Shown here one piece after another: positions 51,242 to 64,000 of a stretch of DNA of 64,000 nucleotides (position 1 is its first letter; the number at the start of each line of letters is the position of its first letter). The notes under the pieces were generated by a model. That model did no database searches. It was given only the letters and a program-made list of their open reading frames with translations, and was not told the DNA's origin. The stretch covers positions 162,626,001 to 162,690,000 of the forward strand of contig NC_042997.1 in NCBI RefSeq assembly GCF_006345805.1. Reading direction: 5' to 3'. Position numbers and translations under genes: made by a program. This DNA is from Octopus sinensis (taxonomy: Eukaryota).

Positions 51242-54200
51242 TCTTTTATTTGTTTCACTCATTTGACTGCAGCCATGCTGGAGTACTACTGCCTTTAGTC
51301 GAACAAATCAACCCCAGGACTTATTCTTTCTAAGCCTAGTACTTATTCTATCAGTCTCTTTTGCCAAACCGCTAGGTTTTCGGGGATGTAAATACACCAA
51401 CATTGATTGTCAAACGATGGTCGGGGAACAAGCACAGACACGCACACACACACACACACACACATATACAATGGGTTTCTTTCAGTTTCCGTCTATCAAA
51501 TCCACTCACAAAGCTTTGGCTGGGCCAAGGCTATAGCAGAAGACTCTTGCCCAAGGTGCCATGCAGTTGGACTGAATCCGGAACCATGTAGTTGGGAAGC
51601 AAGCTTCTTCTTAATACACACACACATATATATATTTATATAAAAACACAGAAATGCACACACACACATATATTTATAAACACGCATATGCATGCACGCA
51701 CACATACACACATGCATGTGCGAGTGCACGCTCACACACACACATGTTGGTTACTGGCATAAAGTAACGCCACATTTATCAGAATACACAGTGTTAAGGA
51801 TGTAACCATACAATGTAAAGGCTGCTCATATAGAAAAAGGTTCTTTACACTTCATCTTATGATCAATAGAAATTTAAAAGCTACATTTATAACAACCTTA
51901 AGATTTTGCCTTTGTTTTCTTCATTGTGATCTTCATCTTTTTTTTTCTTATTTTTCTCTTCATTTTCATATATTTCCCTCCCTCCCTCCCTGCCATCAAT
52001 TCTCATCCTTACATGCTCACCATCACTGTCCTAGTGACTGTTAACTCATAATCTCTCCTTTCTTTTCCTCTCCTCCTTCTTTGAAAAATGTAAAAAGAAA
52101 AGAAAAAAAATTCTGTTTCATTATCTTAGATGATGTCTGTGGTACCATTCAACTGATATATATATTGTTGTATAAGACATAGGTAGGTAAGTTAGATCAG
52201 CTGTTTAAAAACCTGAACAAATCACCATTGTCTTCACTTACTGTGTAGTAAGTAAACCAACTTTTCCTATCATTTGACCACAATTATTCCAATCCCTCCA
52301 CCGCTGCCACTTCCTTTGTGTCTTCTTTCTATATCTGGTCTCTAGGAAAGCTAACCTTTGTCTTTCCCAAGCTTCTCTTTTTCTTTCTTTCTTAAATCTT
52401 TGTCTTTCTGTTTTACTTATATATATTTTTTTTTATACATGCACTGTACTCTAGCTTTTCTTCTGGTCAAAGTATATGCTTTTTTTTTGATTTTTAAAGA
52501 AAATTTTTCTTTTGTAATATTGAAATTGTCTGCAGTCTGTACAGCCTGCTGCAGATACAAGTGTCATTGCCTGACCTTTCATTTGTTCTGCTGCTTGCCA
52601 TTCTCCATTGACAAGAGCAGCAGAGTAAATAGGTAGGGATGACTTGTAGAAGGTCAACTGTTTTTATATTGCTAATAGAGGTGTGGGATGAGTTGGAGAG
52701 GTGGAGTAGTAAATATTATTGTATCACCTCTGTAGAAAAAAGGCTAATGTGTATAGGCATGTTAAGGAAATACATGATAATGTTGATAACTGTTACTGTT
52801 GTTGCCATGAGGGAACAAGAAAATAATATTAAGACAATGTATTAGATGCAATCCCAGCACCTGAGTAACAGAGTTGTACCTGATGTTATAGTAAAAAGTT
52901 CACACGCATCCAAGACCTGTGTCTGAAATATTGTATGAGGGTACAAAACTGATTTTTAGGTGCTGGTAGCAGAGGTAGTCTTTCAAAATCCAAAGATTTA
53001 TTTATTTTAGGGACCCATCAGATTCTGATATTCACTTACCCCTCCTTGCTTCTCTGAGCCATGGACTGATGAATTGACTGGCCATCTCTTATGTATGCCC
53101 TGCATACATCGTGGGCATGTGGTCACTTGACCTGCTAGAGATAGCTGCCAAATTCCTTCAAATTTCGCACCTTTAATCCTTTACTCTGGTAAATGTAATG
53201 CTTATCTATTGACATTATTTTGAATTAACCATACATTACCTCATAGCTTTGAAATGTTGATGTGTTTGTTTATTTTTAGAATGACTTTGTAGGGTAGGTA
53301 TGAGAGGCTGGATTTGACCAGTTTAAATATAAATCAAGTAGAATATTTGGGTTGGACATGGCTAGTTTAAATGCTAAAGGGTTAAAAACAAAGGATATAT
53401 TGGTTATGGCTAGAATGCTTTTAATTCTAGAGCTGTTCTATCAGGGCTTACCTGAGATTGAACAACAATCACAGCATAGTAACAGTAAAGTAAATGAGGG
53501 AGCCTTTACATGGATGCAAAACCTGCCTGAAATTACAACCGAACATTCCTAAAATTGCATTCTACTATTTTTTGAAAAGAGGCATAGATCTAATGTAGTT
53601 CTGTAAACAATGCACCTGGAAATATTGGTGGTCCCCAGTATTGCTAGATCATGCTGAAACATATTTGATTATGTCTGTTCATTCTTGGCAAATCTTAGGC
53701 TAAGCACCACCACCCTTGTAGTAACTAATTAATTTTTATATGTCATATTGCCAAATTCTTTAGTCTTGTTTTCCTCTTCAGTATGACCTCCAATCTTTTA
53801 AGTCTAATGTACATCATCACCTATTGACTTCTGTCTAACGTCCATTTTATGCTAGTAGCTCTTATGTTTTCAGTGCTCTAAGGACCTTGTAATGAGTGAA
53901 TGCTTAAAAAGAAAAAATCGAGGTCATGTGTCAGCTCTCTCTGCTTTGGTCCATTATTTTCAATAATAGCAATAACGCCTTCTGTGTGTATGAAGGAGCT
54001 TCTATGTTACAGCCAGTCACCTTGCTACAAACTTTTAAAAATAACATTTCTATATTAGACCATGTATTATAAACCCCAAATCTGCAGAGATGTTTATAAT
54101 TCGAAAGCAATGGTTACAATCACAATCAGAGTATTGATTACATAAGGTTTCTGGATCTGTGGGTATCATTATCATCATCATCACTAACATCACCATGATA

Positions 54201-57200
54201 ACCATCATCATCATTGTCATGGTTTCTAATCTGCTTTTCCATGCTGCCATGTGTTTGGATGGAAGACTTATTGAAGCTGATGTAGTGTTTTTAATGCTGG
54301 CCTCTCTTCCTGTTATCAGCTCCTAGCAAGGGTTTTTTTTTATCCCCTTCTCCTCACAACATGCAGAGCTACAGGGTATGTTGCTTTTAAGAAACCTAAA
54401 TGCATCATTTAGTAGATGGAGACTGTGTGAAACCCTACCACTTATTCATGTATGTGTTTTTTTTTTAGCATTTGTATATCTTGTGAGATCAAAGATCTCC
54501 ACCTGGAAAGTTTTCCAGGTCAGAAGCACCTAGTACACTCTGCAAAGTGGTTAGTTTTAGGAAGGGCATCCAGTCATAGAAACCATGCCAAAACAGACAA
54601 TTGGAGCCTGGGCAGTTCTCTAGCTGGTCAGCTCCTGTCAAACCATCCAACCTATGTCAGCATGGAAAACTGATGTTAAATGATGATAATGACAATGAGA
54701 TGTCAGTGTAGTGCCCTCTCCAGGGCACCAACTTAGAACAGGGTGTATGGAAGACTACCAGTTTTCTATGCAGCAAGTTTGCCTTCTCTACACAACTGAT
54801 ATTGATGGCCAAAAGAAAAGCAAGGGCCAGTACAGCTTACATCATTATCATCACAGCAGTTTCTAGTATAAAGTTGAAGACAATGTCAGATTGCTTTAAG
54901 GATTTTACTTAATGATATGTAGTACTGGTGTTCTTTTTTTCTTATCAAGAGAGAAAGAAGAAAAAAGAAATCCACTCTTAGAAATTAGAGAATGTTGCAT
55001 TGCATTTCTTTGGACTATTTTTCAATTATATTCTGTAGCTTTAGACAGTTTTATTATTGTAGTGTGTTTGTTACAAAGGCCATCCAAGGACAGAAGAACG
55101 GCTCTTGTGGTTTAGTGAGGCAAGTGTGTATGTGTAAAATAAAAACCTTTACAAAATAAAACTATAGACCCTGAAATGCCAGTAGTTAAAAGGAGAATGA
55201 ACAGGAAAGTAAATCTTAAATGAAGCATTAGGTGAATGAAGAATTGTTGGCTGTGGTCCAATCCATTAGTAATTGTAAGGGGGGAATGCAAACAAAGATG
55301 AATGAATGAAAAGGAAACAAGGCAAAAATATAATTGGTGAAGCCGTTAGAGCTTGTTACAATGAGAAGCCCTTAGGGTTGTGATACAAAGTTGATGTGGA
55401 CTACTCCCCTAGTACATGTCCCTCCACAGCCACTGCTAACACTGCCACTCATTCAGTATTAACACAAGTCTACTTTTATGTAATTTGTTTATTTATTTAT
55501 CTTATGCACACAGAGCTTCCATCCAATCTACCTGTTTTTCCTTTAAAGTGGCAAACTCGTATTTTTCTTTAAATCACATTTGTACAAATGTAAGTTACTT
55601 AATTGGCTGTGATTAGCCTAACTAGATTGCATGATGAGGACGGATCACTGCTGTAGTTCAGTGCAAAAATTGTATAATGGTCCGTCTATGCAACACACAC
55701 ACACACACAGAAGGAGAGAGAGAGAAAGAGAGAGGTAGGGAGAGAGATACATTCATACATACACATGTGCATATTGAAGTAACATTTTCATGAAAGATCT
55801 TTTTTCTGCTGTATATGATTACATACACTCACATATGAGTTAGTTATCTTTTATCATATATGGTCCCATTATGGAGTTATAGGCCAGGTATGATTGCTGA
55901 AAATTCACATCTTAAACCACTCAAAGCTACTGCATCATTGTTATGCGATTCTCAGCTCTTTCTTTCATTTGCTATCATTATGGTTTTCCCACAAAGTCCA
56001 CCACAAATTGCCGTTTTTGTCTTTAATTAAGCATTGAAAAGTGGCTTCTCGTCAGGCTTGGCCTCTGAGTCACTCAGCGGTTGTTGTTCAATAGGACTTG
56101 ACAAGGATAATTCTGGAATTATATGGTTGTCAAAATTGGCCATTGTTGCTGTGGGCTAATTTATACAACTGTGACCAGTGTTGGACACCTATAATCTTGC
56201 CAAGTATTGCCAATAGTTGTTAGCCACTTCTGAATGAAGAGGAACCTAAGATTACTGAAATGGCTTTCCTTTGTATGAAACTACTCCAGGAAAATAATTT
56301 AGCAATTTGCAACCAAAATTACAACTGCTAATCCTTGTTTGTTATTTTTTTTAAAATCATTTTTCTCTCTCTTCCTTTTCCTTTTGTTTGTTCTTTCTAA
56401 CTTTGAAACCCGTTGTCCGCCGAACACAAAAATAAGCAAACTAACTGAGTAAACATGTGACGTAGCCATGTTCATCGATAAGCAGCCTAATGAACGATAT
56501 ACAATTGTGCCTTTCTTCTTCCCTGTCACCTTACCGTTCGTCGTAGGCCGTGTCATTATGAATGAGGCCGTTTCTTTTTCAGGACGATACCATCCAAGGG
56601 CAAACAACTCTAGGAATTAGTGTTTTGTCGTGTAAGAATCAAGGAAATCATTATCTGGAGTGATAAGGATTTTCTTTATGGCAGTTTTATGTCGCATTGA
56701 AGACAGCTCTAGAAAAACAGTGTGCAGTGAAAAGGGGATGATATGGGACAATACCAGTAAATTTTGCTTCCTTTAGAATTGTGTGTGTTTGTGAGAAAGA
56801 CTGATGTTCTACGATCTTAACAGTTGATCTACATTGTGCAGTATTGTTCAAATTGACTTTAAGTAGTGAGTAGAGATGAAAGTTGATCGATATTATTGTT
56901 CACTTGAAATCTTTTATCATAATGCAAAAAGTCTGTGGCATTGACTAAATTCTTTTTACGTTAAGGAAATCTTAATCAATAACAAGGAAAATAAATAAAT
57001 AAATAAAACCACAAGCCTGGCTTTAAGGTGAAGAAGCTTGCTTTGCAACTACACGGTCACGGGTTCAGTCCCACTACGCAGTATCTTGGGCAAGTGTCTT
57101 CTACTATAGCCTCAGGACGACCAATGCCTTGTGAGTGAATTTGGTGGATGGAAACTGTGTGGAAGCCCGTTGTATATATGTATGTGTGTATCTTATGTTT

Positions 57201-57252
57201 GTGGTTATCCCCCTCTTCCTTTGCTTGATAAATGGTATTGGCTCTTTTAGAG

Positions 57253-57788
57253 CAGCGGTCACCAAACTACAACCTGCGGGCCGGATCCGGCCTGCGAGTT
57301 CAGTTCATCCGGCCCGTTGCTGCACTGTACCTTTTATGTAAGTACCTGCAATGAGAGTTTATTTACCTCTTGTATGGCATCACTGTTTGGAACAACTTAT
57401 GTCTGTGAGCAAACATTTTCAAAAATGAAGTATGTGAAGTCAGCACATCGAACGAGGTTGAGTGATTTGAAAGCAACTCTCTTGGTTGGATGCAGCAAGC
57501 AAATATTGATGATATCTTAAAAGCTAAAACCCAGTTTCACAAATCTCACTAACCTTTTTTGCTGTTTAGTTTGTGAGATTCAGATATGTGAGCACTGGGT
57601 GTAATATAACTATCTTATTGCTAACGTCACTTTCTTTGATAACTTTTTGATAAATAAATATGTTGGTTGTCTTTATTTTTTTGTGTATTCACTGTATTGT
57701 ATTGAACAAAATGGTTATGCGACCCGTATTTGTTATTCTCTTAGTTATCTGGTTCAACACGAAAAAAGTTTGGTGACCCTTCCCCCTG
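57253..57788 (+). mobile_element. hAT (Buster/Charlie/SPIN-like) deletion derivative inserted in a SINE
   Basis: TIR CAGCGGTCACCAAACT / AGTTTGGTGACC..CCCTG; subterminal GCGGGCCGGATCCGGCC; SLFGTTYVCEQTFSKMKYVKSAHRTRL dimerization-domain motif; flanks ttttagag/gtttagaa. Confidence 0.88.
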
Positions 57789-58633
57789 GTTTAGAAGATT
57801 GGCAAAAGACATGGATCTTTTCACTTTGACCGGCAGATTTTTAAACTAATTTCTAGCATGGCCGCAATCCAATGACTCAAACGAGTAATAAAAAAAATAA
57901 AAAAAACCCTCCCCCTAAAATCAATGCTCTATCAAAGAAATTACCAATGGCTGCAAGACTTGTTTATAAAATCCAATCCCTACCCTCACCTCTCACTCTG
58001 CGAATCTATGTTCTGGTCATCATCTAACACAAGATCAACCCCCCCCCACACACACACACACACAGATACACTTTTTTTCTGCATTCCTCCCTCCGATCCG
58101 ATCCGAGTGTCTCGTTAGTTCCCCGGTTCTTTTTGTAATTATAACGAAATTATAACCTTATTTTGATATCTCTCTTCAACTTTCATAGTTAATTGTTTAT
58201 ATTTACAAGAAGCAGTAGACTGGCTCTTGTATTAAAAGTCGGTAGTGTTCTTTAGAATTGAGAACAATTTTCACTATTAAAATATGTGACATTCAATTTC
58301 GATGTTTGGGTAAATAACGATTAACTTCTGAAGGCTTTCTGGCTTTTCAGTTCTTTTTTAAAAAACATTGCCCCTCACCACCACCACCACCATCATCAAC
58401 TCCTTTATTCTCACTGCATCTTGTTATTTTTCTCTGAATTTTGTATCGCTTCCTCATTTTGTCAAACTTTTATTCTGTTTTCAAGGAAAGAAGTTTGTCG
58501 TTCTTTTCTCTTTTGTGTGTGTGTGTGGGGGGGGGGGCGGTGGAGTGTTATTTATTTATTTATTATCGATTTAGAAAATTTGCTCATATGTATATTATTA
58601 TAAATACACTCTGCTTGATAGACTGGGATGCGT

Positions 58634-58635
58634 TA

Positions 58636-58672
<37 letters not shown>

Positions 58673-58762
58673 TAATAATAATAGTAATGATAATAATAAT
58701 GATGATAATAATGATAATAATATAATAATAATAATAATAATAATAATGATAATAATAATAAT
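58634..58762. repeat. (TAA)n microsatellite with TGA/TAG variants
   Basis: Direct inspection. Confidence 0.95.
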
Positions 58763-59619
58763 GTCTCGGTACATTTTAGTGTAATTAATTTTGTAACAAT
58801 AACAACAATAATAATGTTTTCTTTATAAGCCACTGGGGCTCGCAAGATAGACAATAAAAATATGATGAACGTTAAACAGCAGTTTACAAAAGAAAATGTC
58901 GAGGACAATTTATAGAAAGCAGATTGATAGTGAAACACGTTGTATGGCGTACGTCTGTGTGTAAGACGAGTTATTTGTAAAAAGAAAAAGAAACTAATTA
59001 TTATGCGAAATATATTTTTAAAAAGTATAATAATAATTTAACAAGAAAGTCTTCTTATAAACGTTTTCTAACATTGGCAAACATTAAGGTTACAAGTTCA
59101 GAGTGCGAGATTTATCCAATTTTAATCTACTTTAATTACTTGATTGGTGTTTGGTTAGTTTTGCAATAAAAATTATAATAATAATAATAATAATAACTTT
59201 TGTTTTTATTATGATCGTTGAAAATGGCTTATTTATCGATGTCAAGTATAGTGAAGATAAACTTCAAACGTTACTTAGCAGTTGTTGTTGGTTGTAGTAA
59301 TGGTTGTGCAGACGTTAGGAGATGTTAAATTTGAGTGTCTTGCAGTTAAGACTGAAGGTGAAAAACGGTAAACAGTCACAATCAGAAAGGCATGCTTTCT
59401 AAAACAAAAGCAGTTTTAACGAAACAATCAGTTAGCTTAGGCAATGGTGGTGGTGGTGGTGGTTGTGGGCTATAGAAGTTGTGTGGAGAAACAATGACGA
59501 TGGAAGGACGGTAACGTTGGTGATGGTGGCGGAGTGTAAATTTTCAAAGGAGGTGATAGAAATGTTCTTGTTTTGATTCTTTGGGGTTTTTGTTTGTTTG
59601 TTTTTGTTCTTTTGTTGTT

Positions 59620-60430
59620 TTTTTTCCTATACCGTGTTTCATATTGAACTAACAAGATGATATTAATGGAGCGTTCAGGCGGCTGCACATTGGAGAGGTT
59701 TTAAAGTATGTTTTAAATATGTCTGTTGCTGGCACTTCTCCCTGACTCGACATCTTGTGTAAAAGCTAAACAGACCACGGCTACTCACACTTGCGCTAAC
59801 AATAGATGCAATAACATTGGCTGTGTGCTGGAGACACACACATAGAGGTAGAGAGAGGGGTAGAGCGAAAGAGAGAGAGAGAGAGAGGAGGAGGAGGAAG
59901 AGGGGGAAGGCAGTTGCAGAGAGTGAGAAAGTGAAAGTAAGCAAACGATGTAGAAACATAATTGCGGTGCTGGGAGAGTTAAGTGGCGGCGTCAGCGGTC
60001 TGTGTAAACTTTCTCCATTCTGTTTACAAGGATGTGATTGTCTGTTTGAGGAAATGTGAACTGATCAATAAATAATTACAACTAACGAGTGAGGTGATCA
60101 GCGACAATCAATGGCAAATCAACATGGTTTACCGGAAGTCTGCTTCTGTCGGAAAGGAGCGTGTCAGTTGGAGAGGAACCAATGCTCTCATCAGCGAATG
60201 ACAATAGATTCGGTTTGTAAGAGTACCGTACCTATTTGAATAGCTATCTGTGGTCAAGGAAGTGGAAACGCATTTCCTCCTTCCCCCCTCACTTTCTCCT
60301 CCCCTTCTCTCACCCTCTCTTTCTCTCTCTCCCTCATGTAAACATGTATGTTCTTCACTAACATAACACCGTGTGTTACACAAATTGACACACCCACAAA
60401 TCGGCCCACTGAATGTTGTTTTCGTTGCTC
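59620..60430. promoter_or_regulatory. Promoter/enhancer-like island
   Basis: Transposon-free, locally higher GC/CpG; GA-rich tracts, ACCGGAAGT (ETS) 60131-39, CCAAT 60179-83, forkhead TGTTTAC 60021-27 and TGTAAACA 60337-44. Confidence 0.45.
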
Positions 60431-62072
60431 TGTATATCAATCAGTCGGCTAGTTGCTGCTGATATTTAGCTCCCGGTCAACCCTGATCAAGAAGACCTAT
60501 GAGCAAAACAATTCCATCCGTGACCATTCCTTATTTAAGGGAGTATTGATGTAATTTGAAAGGGTAGAATTTGGTTGCTATTTCTAGCAGATCGAGTGTC
60601 CGTGTAAATATTCTTCTAAATAAGGCTCAAAGTGAGAAATTTGTGGGGAAAGGAAGGGAACAGTTGATTATATATTATTCAGTTAACTTGACTGATACTC
60701 TTTTTAATAACCCAGAGGGATGAAAATCAATGTTGACTTTGGTAGGATTTGAACTCAGTATATACAGAGCTCGAACAAATTACTGCAAGGCAGTTGATCC
60801 AGTGGTCTAATCGAAGTTGTATTAATTGGAGGGAGCTCGAGTTTTATGTTACAGTTCAAAATTCCTAAAGCACAGATGATTAGATGGTCTGTTCTCAAGA
60901 ATGTGCTACATGAGATACGATATGTGCCTAATGGTATCTCATGTAGCACATATTTATTAAATCATCATCATTACCTTTCGTTCTGTGACCTATCAGTAAT
61001 GAGCAACCTGCAGTCTTCAGAACATTTTGAATGGTATTCCTAACCATGACACAACAAACAATTGGAGTCTGGACAGCAATCAAACTGTCCAACCCATGCC
61101 AGCATGAAAAATGGACGTTAAACAATGATGATATGCTGTTGGGATTAGCCAATCACAATGTTTTGTAGATTAATACAAAAAAAGATGTGGAGTTAATCTT
61201 TCAAATTACTTACAGTTCTTTGTCTGAAGGACCACTACTCTTGCAGATTCCTTTCTTCCACTCTCTATGCTCTATGTTAATGTTACCTATCATTCTGTGA
61301 CCTGTCAGTAATGGACAATCTGCAGCCTTTGATACATTTTGAATGGTATTCCAAACGAAAAATTATCTTGAAGTTTTTTTAGTGGGCTGCCTTAAGGTCC
61401 ATTGAGGCTCTAAGCACTTAAAAGATTTTGGTGCCCCCCTCATCGTCATCATCATTATCGTTTAACGTCCACTTTCCATGCTAGCATGGGTTGGATGATT
61501 TGACTGAGGACTGGCGAACCAGATGGTTGCACCAGGCTCCAATCTTGATCTAGCAGAGTTTCTACAGCTGGATGCTCTTCCTAATGCCAACCACTCCAAG
61601 AGTGTAGTGGGTGCTTTTATGTGCCACCGGCATGAGGGCCAGTCAGGTGGTACTGGCAACGGCCATGCTCAAATGGTGTTTTTTATGTGCCACCAAAATA
61701 TAAGCGATGATAGACCATAAAATAAATTTTTATTTTTCAAAATGAAGCAAGTCTAACAAGTAAGATGGAAAATGTTTATTTTTGTATAGTTTCACTTTAG
61801 TTTTCTCATACTTTTTTTAATTGCAAAGTCTTTGATTAGATCCTCACTATAATACCATGAACAAACCACTTGGAATATTATTTTAACATATTTTATTTCT
61901 GTGGTACCCCATTCTCTTGATGCCCTAAGCACATGCTTATTTAGCTTAATGGTTCATTCAACATTGCCTACTTTACATGGTCATTCAACTTGCTAAAAAT
62001 AGCAAGTAAATTTCTTTCAAACTACACCCTGTTATCTTTAAATAAAAATTATAATCCGTAATACATAGGTTA

Positions 62073-62421
62073 TACGTAAAAAGCACTATCCGACTCGGGG
62101 CCGTGGCACGTAAAATACTCCAATGCGACCGTACGACAGGCACCCATGCCAACCCCCTTTGCTTGTGAAGACATGTTGGGGCAAGCGAAATCGAAGTCGA
62201 ATTGAACCAGCCAGGATCCCTGGTCTGGTGGTACGTAAAAAGCACTATCCGACTCGTGGCCGTGGCACGTAAAATACTCCAATGCGACCGTACGACAGGC
62301 ACCCTTGCCAACCCCCTTTGCTTGTGAAGACATGTTGGGGCAAGCGAAATCGAAATCGAATTGAACCAGCCAGGATCCCTGGTCTGGTGGTACGTAAAAA
62401 GCACTATCCGACTCGTGGCCG
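62073..62421 (+). repeat. 159-bp tandem repeat (2 full units + partial) in the body of an RTE-tail retroposon
   Basis: TACGTAAAAAGCACTATCCGACTCG at 62073, 62232 and 62391; units nearly identical. Confidence 0.93.
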
Positions 62422-64000
62422 ATGCAGCACCGCCTCGACTGGCTTCCGTGCCGGTGGTACATAAAATACACCAATCTGACCGTGGCCGTTGCCAGCCCCG
62501 CCTGGCACCTGTGCAGGTGGCACGTAAAAAGCACCCACTACACTCACGGAGTGGTTGGCGTTAGGAAGGGCATCCAGCTGTAGAAACATTGCCAAATTAG
62601 ACTGGAGCCTGGTGCAGCCTTCTGGCTTCCCAGAACCCCGGTCGAACCGTCCAACCCATGCTAGCATGGAGAACGGACGTTAAACGACGATGATGATGAT
62701 GATGATAAGAACAGACAAGCACACATACGCAAATGGAGACTGAAACATACTTTACTGCACACAAGGACACATATGGAGACATGCACATATAGAGATGCAC
62801 ATCCATACATACAAACATGGTACATAGTTGCAAAACACACACACACACATAAGGAGACAGAGGTGCATAGAGATACAAACACATGCTCACACACATACAT
62901 AGAAAATACACAAACACAGACATGCAAGCACATGAATATGCAAAATACATACATAGAGATGCACACACATACATATATACATATGCATACACACACATAT
63001 ATACATACACATGCATACATACATACATACATACACACATACATACATATGTACACACACACTGACCAACACACATGCGCACAAACAAACAAACAAAAAT
63101 AATGGCCAGTCAAGACTACTGAAAAGGTTGCAAGATGCAATGAAAATTTTAGGAAAATAAAAATTAAGAAATATGTGGAAGTTTTACCAGTGATTGTGTT
63201 AAATTATAAGGCACAAAAAGAAAATGACTCTCCCCAGACAAAAACAGAATATAATCCATAATATATGAGAAAAAGAAAGACATGATAATCATGATTGTAA
63301 TGCTTTTGATAATGGTCTGTTCAGTCAGGACTGACTTGGGGTTAAAAAAACAGTAAATGAATTTACAAAAAAAGACAAGATATTCACAACTGGAATATGC
63401 ATTTGATTTTTTGTCTGTTCAGTTATGACCAAACTGAAGTTTATCAACAACAGTTGCTTATTTGGCAAACATTTCTTCTTTAGACAGGATTTTATAAACA
63501 GAACTAGGAAAAAGTTAACCAGTTTGACCTACCTAAATTCTAACAGTAATAAATTTCTCCCCATTCACAAAAGAAGTTTTGAAACTCAGTGAAAAAGGAC
63601 ATATCTTATATACAACATTTGTCTTGAATGACATCAGTGAAACAGTATTCTTTCCAATGTTCTTTGAGAACTTTATTTATTACTTGTTCCATTTAAATGT
63701 ACCTGATATATAAGAGAATGTTTCTAATCTATGACTGGTTAACCCAGAGCACACAGTTTGTTGTACTGTAAACCACTTTCCTGCTTGATGCCATTTGGAG
63801 GATTTACTCTTTGTGTCATTATAAGAAAGAAAAGTTGTCTGTGTTTCCACGTAAATAACATAGTTAAGCAACAGTAGTATCAACTTTATTTTAGTTTAGT
63901 TCTTGTATTAAGAAATGTTCATCTTGAAATATTTACCCTAACAGCTTGTAGAATTGAATTTATTTAAGCCTTTCACTCAAGTCATAAAAAAGAAATAGAA

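Noticed and set aside
53011-53077. Candidate TBC1D13 terminal exon (DPSDSDIHL...)
   Set aside because: Needs phase 0 after LLQ, but the phase-0 reading from the AG stops after five codons; similarity is weak
60150-60200. Minus-strand CUGAUGA-GAGC...GCUC as a hammerhead
   Set aside because: No GAAA after stem II and no stem III or stem I
62073-62421. CRISPR-like array
   Set aside because: Whole 159-bp units are duplicated with no unique spacers; eukaryotic retroposon context and no cas genes

Overview
AT-rich, repeat-dense animal genomic DNA. The repeat families, (TA)n/(CA)n load and intron sizes look like an octopus (coleoid cephalopod) genome, which is an inference. The window appears to lie inside one + strand gene, a TBC1D13-type Rab-GAP. 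I could splice 11 GT-AG exons (13560-50069, 1019 nt, all phases compatible) into an open frame with the IxxDxxR and YxQ catalytic fingers; the first coding exon(s) and last exon were not found. Introns hold decayed Tc1/mariner, hAT and piggyBac-type DNA elements, RTE and CR1 LINE fragments, many SINEs and microsatellites. The most notable signal is a set of Penelope-like (GIY-YIG) remnants associated with minimal type I hammerhead ribozyme motifs and fold-back inverted repeats. The best example is a ~1.24 kb near-perfect palindrome (16916-18153) whose 89-nt loop is almost entirely an intact sense-strand hammerhead, with the predicted cleavage site within 2 nt of the arm boundary. A promoter-like island near 60 kb and phase-compatible minus-strand exon candidates hint at a nested antisense unit (low confidence). 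Most ORF-track entries are microsatellite or repeat artefacts. All structures were folded by eye, not computed.
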